Shown: piece by piece, positions 1 to 8,100 of the stretch
How positions within the stretch are numbered: the first letter of the stretch is position 1
Layout: every line of letters begins with the position of its first letter
Source of the DNA: a virus
Taxonomy: Duplodnaviria; Caudoviricetes
Direction: 5' to 3' (one strand)
Length of the DNA stretch: 26,159 nt
Virus record (IMG/VR): IMGVR_UViG_3300006919_000376
Span: 1 to 26,159 of that record
Notes under the pieces: model-generated
Seen by the model: only the letters and a program-made list of their open reading frames with translations
Told to the model about the DNA's origin: nothing
The model's database searches: none
Program-made: the position numbers and the translations under genes

Positions 1-524
1 AATTGAGGTGCGTAACCTGGGTTTTCTAATAAACCCATAAAACCTCCCAAGAAACCACCTCCATATTTTTCTGTGTCTTTCCTCCAAGAAGCAGCTTCGT
101 TTGTTTCTGGATTTTCTGTCATAGCGTTTGCCGCTTTCACAAAACCCTTTAAATCTTCCTCTGATATATTACGCCCTTGCCTGTACACGTCAAAAGCTTC
201 ACCAACACCCGAACCAGCTTTAGCCCCTCCAGATATCGCGGTGAACATGTCTTCAAACCATCCTTTATCTTCAGGTAGCTCATCTTCATCAGTTGAACCC
301 ATACTAGATTCACTCGCGCTTTGAGACGCTGCGATAACGTTAGGTGTAGAAACAAACCCATACTGATTAGCAAAATCCTCCTCACTTTTCGTGTATAAGT
401 TTTTGTTTACTAAACCAGTGTGTAATTTCTTTACACCCTCTTGATTATTATATTGCTCTTGGAACTTGCTAAAAGATTTAGTGTATAAACCTTTTTCAAC
501 GAGTCCTTTCCATAATTCTTCCAT
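1..524 (-). CDS. N-terminal part of a large virion ejection/cargo protein (truncated at window edge; not in the supplied ORF track)
   Basis: ATG at 524 opens a frame with no stop to position 1: MEELWKGLVEKGLYTKSFSKFQEQY...KGWFEDMFTAISGGAKAGSGVGEAF...GGGFLGGFMGLLENPGYAPQ. It starts 21 nt after the stop of the 649-aa gene and is third in a run of probable ejection genes. Function is inferred from position. Confidence 0.75.
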   Translation of the reverse strand, partial: MEELWKGLVEKGLYTKSFSKFQEQYNNQEGVKKLHTGLVNKNLYTKSEEDFANQYGFVSTPNVIAASQSASESSMGSTDEDELPEDKGWFEDMFTAISGGAKAGSGVGEAFDVYRQGRNISEEDLKGFVKAANAMTENPETNEAASWRKDTEKYGGGFLGGFMGLLENPGYAPQ

Positions 525-545
525 TTAGGATTTCACTTTAAAGAT

Positions 546-2495
546 TTAATCAAACTCAGCTCCTTCCGCATTTCTTTGTTCTCTAGTAATTTTATCTTCT
601 CTGTACTTATTTAGTGTAGGAGACGCTTTGAACAGCTCACTTATAAATTTAGCTTGCTCATCAAAATCGGTGTTGAAGTTAAACCATAAATCTCCTTCAG
701 TTGCATAAACGTTGGTGCCACTTACTTCCCCAGTGCTTCTAGCTATTAACCCTTGTTTTTCAGCAAGTTCTACAATTTGTTCAACCGTCATACCAAGATT
801 CCCTGGTGTTATATTTTTACCGTTTGGATCTTTTAGTGTTGCTGTATTTTTAGGGAGATCCCAGGCAAAACTCTCGGCTATGCCAAATAATCCTTTTGGC
901 TTAGAAAACTTAATTGGAGAATTTGGCGCTGGAAAATAAAAAGAATTTAAGTTGTCAACCGCTTTGCTAACACTTATCTTCCCGCTGTCAGTCAGTCTAT
1001 CACCTGTTACAATACCCTGTAAAGCAGCTTGGTCTACGGTCGCCTGCTGCACCTGCGTAGACGTAGGCTTAAATATCGCTGAATCTTCCGTTTCGCCGTC
1101 TCTTAGTACACCCTCTATACCCGCAACTTGACCCACGGTAAATTGATCGCCTTCTGCTTCGTACATTCCAGCTTCAGGATTCCAGGTAAATATACCATGT
1201 GCGCCACGCACAGTTTGTAAATTGTCTAATTGATTTCGCTTTATAGAGGCGTCAGCGTGTGTTTGATATCTACCAGCTCTCTCTTGCCCACCTACAAAAC
1301 CTCCACCAGTATTCCAACTGTCTCTACCCCATCCACCCCAGTTGTTACCACCACCACCACCACCACTACCAGTTTTTTCTTCGTCAGCTCTATACTTTAT
1401 GCCTAAATCAATAGCTTTACCACCTTCTTCTTCAGCATAAAACTTAGCCGCAAGAGAGTGAGCTAAGGTTCTTTCCTGTGGATTAGGATCTACTAGTGAC
1501 TTTATAAATTCTTCGTAGTTTTCTGTAGTGGCAAAATCATCTACTGTAATCTGGCCATCTCCGCTACCGTCGTTGCCGTTTTTATCAAGCTCTGGTTTCA
1601 TGCTGAGCAGAACATCAAGTATCTGTTTTGACTCTTTGCTATCTGGATTATGTAAAGCGTCATAATAACTCATAGATTGACCAAACATCTTGGTCATTGC
1701 GACACTAGCAAACCCGTCTGGTTTGTTTTTAAACAGCTCTTCAAGACTGTTTTGTATCTCCTGGAGAACATCTTGTTTTTCAAGCTTAGGATTCTTTTTA
1801 GCGGTTTCTCGCCAGTTGTTTAATACTTCGTTAGCAGAAGTTATAGTACCTGTATCTCTTTTTCTAAGTAATTTAGATATATCTTCTATAGACTGTCTTT
1901 CAAAAGAAGTAGTTTTATTATCTCCATCTGTGTAAGTAAAAGAAAACACACGTTTTCCATCTACGGTTTCTATTTTAAAAGAAGTATCTGTAGCGTCACC
2001 GTTATAATGATCAGCAACGTTTTTAATAAAAGCTATAGCTGGTGCTTTAGTTAGTCCAACGTCGTAAGCGTTTGTGTTGTAAGACGTGATTATATCGTTA
2101 CCTATTTGACCCTCTGTTTGTCTAGCTTTAGTGTATTTATTTATTTCATAAAGTAAGTCCGCCCTCTTTCTTTTATTTTCTTTACCAAATAGTGGTATAT
2201 TTTTTAACTCTTCTCTATACGTATCTAATTGGTCTTGCATCTCAGCTCTTTCGTCGCTGTTTTTCACAGTGCCGTCATTCATGTTTTTAGCAAGCTTCCC
2301 CATAGCTTCCTTCGCCTCAGCGTTTATACCCTCGATCTCTTGCATGCTTTTTTCAAAGTTAGTGGATATACTATCCAATAACTCGCCTCTTTGCTGTAAC
2401 AAACCAGCGGTCATGCCTCTCATGGAGAACGGTACCTTAGCTCTTGCTAAAGCGCCTGCTGAGGCTACTATTGTTGAATCTGCTTTTATGTTCAC
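546..2495 (-). CDS. Probable internal virion/ejection protein (649 aa)
   Basis: Long ORF with a GTG start and an in-frame TAA five codons upstream. Helical, charged N-half, then a Gly-rich linker and a distinct C-half. Lies directly after the small Gly/Ala/Gln-rich ejection-like gene, as in podovirus ejectosome gene triads. Confidence 0.6.
   Translation of the reverse strand: MNIKADSTIVASAGALARAKVPFSMRGMTAGLLQQRGELLDSISTNFEKSMQEIEGINAEAKEAMGKLAKNMNDGTVKNSDERAEMQDQLDTYREELKNIPLFGKENKRKRADLLYEINKYTKARQTEGQIGNDIITSYNTNAYDVGLTKAPAIAFIKNVADHYNGDATDTSFKIETVDGKRVFSFTYTDGDNKTTSFERQSIEDISKLLRKRDTGTITSANEVLNNWRETAKKNPKLEKQDVLQEIQNSLEELFKNKPDGFASVAMTKMFGQSMSYYDALHNPDSKESKQILDVLLSMKPELDKNGNDGSGDGQITVDDFATTENYEEFIKSLVDPNPQERTLAHSLAAKFYAEEEGGKAIDLGIKYRADEEKTGSGGGGGGNNWGGWGRDSWNTGGGFVGGQERAGRYQTHADASIKRNQLDNLQTVRGAHGIFTWNPEAGMYEAEGDQFTVGQVAGIEGVLRDGETEDSAIFKPTSTQVQQATVDQAALQGIVTGDRLTDSGKISVSKAVDNLNSFYFPAPNSPIKFSKPKGLFGIAESFAWDLPKNTATLKDPNGKNITPGNLGMTVEQIVELAEKQGLIARSTGEVSGTNVYATEGDLWFNFNTDFDEQAKFISELFKASPTLNKYREDKITREQRNAEGAEFD
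1347..1364 (-). repeat. (GGT)6 trinucleotide run encoding a poly-Gly linker
   Basis: Plus strand accaccaccaccaccacc; protein KTGSGGGGGGNNWGGWG. Confidence 0.9.
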
Positions 2496-2525
2496 GTCTA
2501 TGTTATTTTAATGCTATTAATAAAA

Positions 2526-3338
2526 TCAAGGTGAAACCATACCTGGTAGTTGCGATTGATTGTAACCTTGGTTAGCAACTGTGCTGTTAGTCGTGTTGTT
2601 ACCAAAATTCATCTCATCCCAAGGCACATTACCCATCATATCTCCAAATGCTTGAGCGTTTTGCATCTGCATCTGCGCACCAGCCATATTCATATTCATT
2701 TGATTTCCATAAGCTTGTTGTAAACCAGCAGAAGCACCTGCAGCTCCTTGATAAGCAACGCCCAATAACGTAGCTTGTCTTTGCATCTCGGCTTCCTGCG
2801 TCGCCATCTCCCCACCAGCCTGAGCCATTTGAATAGCGCTAAGACCTTGTCTTTCCATTTGTTGGTTCTGCATAGCTCCTTGAGCAGCTAAGCGCTGATT
2901 AGCAGTCTCTTGTTTAGATATATCAGCTGAAACCTGTCTGGCTTGTAAACGACCTTGATTTGCTAAAGCTTGCGCTAACCCAGCAACACCTGATGATCCA
3001 GCTGAACCACGCAGACCCTGCATTACGTTAGCTCTCTGTTGAGTGCCTTGTTCCATTTGGAATCTAGCCGCCTCTTGATTTACGGTTAAATCCTCATACA
3101 CATTCTCCATACCCTCAAATGGGTTTTGAAGATTTGCGTACGGATTTGTAAACTCAAACTCTCTATATCTTTGTCTTTGAGCCTCTAGTAAAGCGTCTTG
3201 CTTTTGCTGGCGCTCGAGCTGTGCTGTAACTTGATCGTTAGCGTCACTCGCTGCACTTCTAGCTGCGCTACCAGATATTAAAGCACCTCCTAATTGAGCT
3301 ACGCCGCCTATTATGGCTGCACCTAGTAGAAATGACAT
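2526..3338 (-). CDS. Small ejection/DNA-transfer-like virion protein (270 aa)
   Basis: Hydrophobic Gly/Ala N-terminus (MSFLLGAAIIGGVAQLGGALISGSAA) followed by a long Gln/Ala/Met-rich helical body. This composition and position are typical of the first ejection protein of podoviruses (analogous to T7 gp14 or P22 gp7). Confidence 0.65.
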   Translation of the reverse strand: MSFLLGAAIIGGVAQLGGALISGSAARSAASDANDQVTAQLERQQKQDALLEAQRQRYREFEFTNPYANLQNPFEGMENVYEDLTVNQEAARFQMEQGTQQRANVMQGLRGSAGSSGVAGLAQALANQGRLQARQVSADISKQETANQRLAAQGAMQNQQMERQGLSAIQMAQAGGEMATQEAEMQRQATLLGVAYQGAAGASAGLQQAYGNQMNMNMAGAQMQMQNAQAFGDMMGNVPWDEMNFGNNTTNSTVANQGYNQSQLPGMVSP

Positions 3339-3385
3339 AATCTATTTATTTTTAATATACTTTTCATAATATCTTTAATTCAATT

Positions 3386-3413
3386 ACACTAATATAGTTA
3401 CATTTTTTAGTGT
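3386..3413 (-). promoter_or_regulatory. AT-rich inverted repeat ACACTAA-N14-TTAGTGT at the tail/ejection module boundary; possible promoter or operator
   Basis: Minus strand ACACTAA AAAATGTAACTATA TTAGTGT immediately after the stop of the 112-aa gene, in a 75-nt intergenic gap. Function is not demonstrable from sequence. Confidence 0.3.
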
Positions 3414-3752
3414 TTATTTACTACTTTCAGTTACCTCAGAACTTATAGCAAATAATTCAGCCTGCTTAGAGTCAGTATTTTTCATTTTAACGCTTGCGTA
3501 ATACCCTTTTAAACTACCACTATTAGCTCTATTATCTTTCGCAAACATTATGTACGATCCAATTGGTATATACTTAGTAGCATCTACAGTTATAGTTTTA
3601 TTACTCATGTCCGTTATCTTGCCTATAAGCAATGGCTCACTACCAACAGCTTGTCCATCGAAATCAGTTAGCGAAGTAGATGAGATATAGTACGCAAAGT
3701 CCCCTACCTGCAAAGATGCGTTATCTATTTTACTAGTTAATTGTATTATCAT
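3414..3752 (-). CDS. Small tail protein (112 aa), resembling the C-terminal segment of stabilization/muzzle proteins
   Basis: Motifs NASLQVGDFAYY and SLKGYYASVKMKN...AELFAISSEVTESSK. ATGA overlap with the stop of the upstream gene (3749-3752). Confidence 0.6.
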   Translation of the reverse strand: MIIQLTSKIDNASLQVGDFAYYISSTSLTDFDGQAVGSEPLLIGKITDMSNKTITVDATKYIPIGSYIMFAKDNRANSGSLKGYYASVKMKNTDSKQAELFAISSEVTESSK

Positions 3753-5170
3753 GTCTGTGTGCCTACCGTTATAAAGTTATCTAACAAAAAGTGTATCGTT
3801 CTATTAGAACTTGGGTATTTATTTATTTTAAAGCGATTACTAGTTCTCACCTTTTGTGTGCTACCTGAAAGATATAGTTTTGTTCCAGCTTTTAAAGTTT
3901 GCGCTCTAGATACCACCATAGTGCCAGCCGTTGCAGATGGACTGCTTATAGATGCTACGGTAGTAGCCGTAGCGTTATCAACGCCTTCACCTAGTATAGT
4001 TAAATTATTTCCACCAGCAATCCCGTATGTACCTAATAAATCAACATTAGTACTACTTGATGACGTTACTCTAACTGTTTTAGTTAAAGCATCAGCCGTA
4101 GCGCTGGAAGATATGAAACTCATACTTAACCCAATAGCTTTTTTAATAGCTTTAAACCCTATAGCGTGAAAAGTCAAAGTTATACCGTCTGCGAAAGTTT
4201 GTGCAGAAGATAAAGTTAACGTTTTAGTATTAGTGTTTATGCTTTGTATTTTCGGCGAGCCAGAAAGGCTACCAGCGCTAACACCCTTTAGAATAGTCCC
4301 AACAGCTAAATCTGATACATCATCAAGCACTACGGTGGTAGAACCACTTATAGCTCCATCTACAGTCTGCGTTTTTTGAAACACCCAGTCGGTGTCTCTT
4401 GGTTGCCTTATTAACCTTAAACCAAAACCGTTTGTATCATTTTTTGAATTTGTAACAAAAGTATCAATATCAACATTGGTTGAATGCGAAAGCGCTGGAG
4501 AGGCAGTGTATACCGCGTCCTCACCTGTGGCAGCATAGCTGCTACCGTTGGCGGTAAGACCGGAAAATGTAACGGTAACATTCGCAACTTGAGATATATT
4601 TCTATGTATAACGTTTTTGTTTAACACAGTGTCAGTTGAAGGATCAGCCATAAGTATCATAGTGTACGTAAGGCCGTCTCCATTAGTCGGGAAATTTATA
4701 ACCCCGTTATACTCACCACCACTTACCTTGGCTTTTAAAGCGTTTTTAGAACTAAAACCAGCTGCAAAAGTTTTGGTTTTAAAATTGTAAAATAAGTTAT
4801 TAGATGTTACAACTTGTAAAATAAAACTAGCTCCCTCGTCACCTTTAATCGCGAAGCTTCGCGTAGAAGCTAGATAAGGTAGTGTGTTTAAGGGTATAAA
4901 TAGTGATTGTATTTTTTTTAATACTTCTTTTTGAGTAACGCTTGAATCAGCTCGCGAATGATTAATGCCAGCCATATAACCAACATCGCCCCTAAAAGTA
5001 TGCGTATGGTAACCTTGTAAACCCACGCTTTGACCGTAGTCTAGCGCTTGCTGTATAGTTTTAAACAAAGGTTCATTATCGATATACGTTAGTATATTTT
5101 GTTGCGATTGCCTAGTAGACCGTTGCGTTGATTGCGTAGAGCCACTTGTGTTTGTATTATGATAACTCAT
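3749..5170 (-). CDS. Beta-rich tail-associated structural protein (473 aa) with N-terminal His motif and two C-terminal repeat modules
   Basis: Thr/Ser/Gly/Val-rich. Two related modules (TVDGAISGSTTVVLDD...TLTLSSAQTFADGITLTF and TVRVTSSSSTNVDLLG...MVVSRAQTLKAGTKLYL) of a kind common in phage tail proteins. Located inside the tail gene block. Confidence 0.6.
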   Translation of the reverse strand: MSYHNTNTSGSTQSTQRSTRQSQQNILTYIDNEPLFKTIQQALDYGQSVGLQGYHTHTFRGDVGYMAGINHSRADSSVTQKEVLKKIQSLFIPLNTLPYLASTRSFAIKGDEGASFILQVVTSNNLFYNFKTKTFAAGFSSKNALKAKVSGGEYNGVINFPTNGDGLTYTMILMADPSTDTVLNKNVIHRNISQVANVTVTFSGLTANGSSYAATGEDAVYTASPALSHSTNVDIDTFVTNSKNDTNGFGLRLIRQPRDTDWVFQKTQTVDGAISGSTTVVLDDVSDLAVGTILKGVSAGSLSGSPKIQSINTNTKTLTLSSAQTFADGITLTFHAIGFKAIKKAIGLSMSFISSSATADALTKTVRVTSSSSTNVDLLGTYGIAGGNNLTILGEGVDNATATTVASISSPSATAGTMVVSRAQTLKAGTKLYLSGSTQKVRTSNRFKINKYPSSNRTIHFLLDNFITVGTQT

Positions 5171-5180
5171 GATTCTGCAC

Positions 5181-8100
5181 TTAATGCGTTGATGAAACTA
5201 TACCTAAACCTTGAAAATTGAAATTAGCTGTATCAATATTTTCAGTGGAAAGCCTTGATCCTTTTATATAATTAAACCATTTACCTTCTTTCTCTATAAA
5301 TTCACTTATAAAACCTTTTTGAAGATCTGTTTCAAAAGACTCCATCTCCCAGCCTAAGCGGTCGTTGGTAAAAGCGTTATAGGTAGATAGCGTCGTAGCT
5401 GTTGAATTTTCAGCTTTAGCGAAAGCTTTAACCATAGCTTGTGAACCCTCGTAATTTATAGTGTTAAAACTCTTTATAGATGAAGGGGTTTCATTCAATA
5501 TAGCCGTAACAGACGCTTCATATTGCTCTCCGTAAAACGAACCTCTAGTTTCGTTAGTGTAATGTTGCCACAGTTCACCGTTTTTAACAGTGAAGTATTG
5601 ATTTGATAAACTAACACCACTTTCTGGTACGAAAGATTTAAAACTTTCCCAACCTCTTACGTCTTCATTAAAACTAACTGTTGTAGAATTTTCTAATCTA
5701 AAAATCTTATTTAGAGTTATATTATCTAAAGTACCTCTCAACTCAAGAGCTTTATCATTTGAACCTGAAGTTATAACCACCGTATTTATTAGGTTATCTG
5801 GATCGTCGTTAGTAGAAGTACCTATAAAGAAGTCTTGCTCAAAAGATACGTTAGCTTCTATATCGGTTTGGAATACAAAACCCTTACCGTCTTCATTATA
5901 ATAATATCCAGCTATAAAACCGTTATCAAGAGCGCAGTCAAAAGAAAGTCTAACCTCTTGATTTGTGTGTATGTGACCTATATTTTGGTTGATATTACCC
6001 CATACAGCTCTGAGTCCCTCGAAACGTATACGGCCACCACCAGCGGGATCTTCTTCCCAGAACAAGAGATTTTGGAAAGATGTACTAAACACTATATTCC
6101 AAGAATCCACTGTACCTCCTGTAAAGTAGTTTGTTGTGTCACGTAAAGCAATATCTTTAATGGCGCCCGTAAAACCATTTTCTTCAGGTTCAAAAAACAC
6201 TTTTCTAGGATTTCCAAGAGGTGAGCTTTCATCTTCAGCGAACGTGGACGCGCTGTAAATAAAACCATTTATATCACCAGCCAATACATCTGCGGCGCTT
6301 ACTTCTTCACCATTAAGAAATACAGATATGGGATTTCCAGAATAAGAGAGCATGTTACCTTTGATTACATAATCTCCAGGTTGCGTTAAATTATTAAAAC
6401 CAAACCCATGCGTCAAGATAGATGTAACACCATCAACTTCAACGTCCTCCGTATTACCTGTAACATAACCTGCTAAAGACCCTTGAATATCAAGACTTGA
6501 AACTGGGATTATAGTAAATGAAAACTCATATGGCTGGGTTGGGTTTGGGTTATCCATTGGGAAGTTAGGTGAAATATTCTGGTATATAAACTTTTCGTGA
6601 CCAGGGCCTTGCGTTGTGTTCCACTCAATAGCTCCATTTTTAAAGTATACCTCTGGTTGATCAAATAAATTATAAGTGATTGGAGGTATTTGAACATCTG
6701 AACTTCCTAAGTAATTACTTGGTGGAGTAATCCAACTGTCTGCTTTTCCGCCAGTGGTAAGATTTGTTATATTTATTAACCGTATACTGTCTATAGCTTT
6801 AGCATAATCGTGCTTAGTTATCGCAATTTTAATTTCTTCGAGGGGTGGGAATCCAAATGGATATTGGAATATGCATCTAATAACGTTACTCACTACTGCG
6901 GTGGTATCGTATTCGGTTCTTGTTGTTGATAGTAATCTTAAATTACCATTAGGTTTTATTTCTCCAAAATACCCATAAGGATATGATGGATCACCACTAT
7001 CCTGATCTATAGGAGACTCGGGTATTAAACCAGTAGGTATACAATTTAATAAACTAACATCAGAATTAGCGTCTATATCGTCAACTACTGGTTGATACGA
7101 TATATCTAATAAGTACCAATTACCGTTTTCAAGAGGATTATCGGAAATATCTTGAGAGATGATAGCTGTACTATCTGCATCAACTTCTATCCGTGTCGCA
7201 GAGTCTGTTGCACCTCCCGTGTTGTCACCAGAGACCTCATGTATGCTAACAAACGGATCGGGTTGCTCTCCCGGTATAGGTGGTACTGGTTGATCGCTTA
7301 AATCGATGTGATCACCAAAATTAGTTATTGCGCCTCCGTCTTGTAGCGGTTCGTTTACAGCATTATACTCACCAGTTTCTTCATTAATCGTAGGGGAGTA
7401 ATATGTATGTTGAGCACCAAATTCACCTAACCCACCTGCTTCGTATTCTGTGTTCGATTGGCCTAGATTTTGTCTTCCATATATAATTTGATTAGTCCAA
7501 ACAAAATCGATTAGATTAGTGCCGTTATTTTCAACGTCACCGGTCCAACCTAAAATACCTCCACTACCGTCCCCATGTTTAACCTCTGCCCAAGCGGGAA
7601 TATCACGATATGGGATAGGATTCACTTCTTGTATAAAATCTTGACCCTCTATACCCGTGGGGTTTATAAGGCTATGCGGTTTTACTAGTTTAAACTCGTT
7701 TACATATATACTGTACTTTGTCGAAACGGCGCTAGGTTTAGTTACAAGACTCAATTTAACGACTAGGTTTTCTATTAAAACGCTATCCTGAGTAGTGCCA
7801 TCTGAAAACTTCCAAGCGGCAGAGTTCATCGTAGGTGAACCATGTACAGGGTTTTCATCGTTTGCTTCATAAACACCAGGCACGAAAGCCCAAATTGCTG
7901 GAAAAAGCACTTCGTTATTACTCTGCCACCCCATAACGTAATCACCTGCAAAAGCTATGTCTGGATTACCGTTGCTGTAACCAGTCCAATCCGTAAATAG
8001 CATGTGATGAGCTTCATAAGGGCTATCTGTTAAGTTATTAAGTATATAGTTAGCATTTCCAAACTGCGTGTCCCCTAAAGGCGCTATTATCTCTGGGTCA

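Noticed and set aside
5165-5190. Programmed readthrough or frameshift fusing the 3004-aa and 473-aa genes
   Set aside because: Different frames, a TAA stop, no slippery heptamer, and the downstream gene has its own ATG with A at -3.
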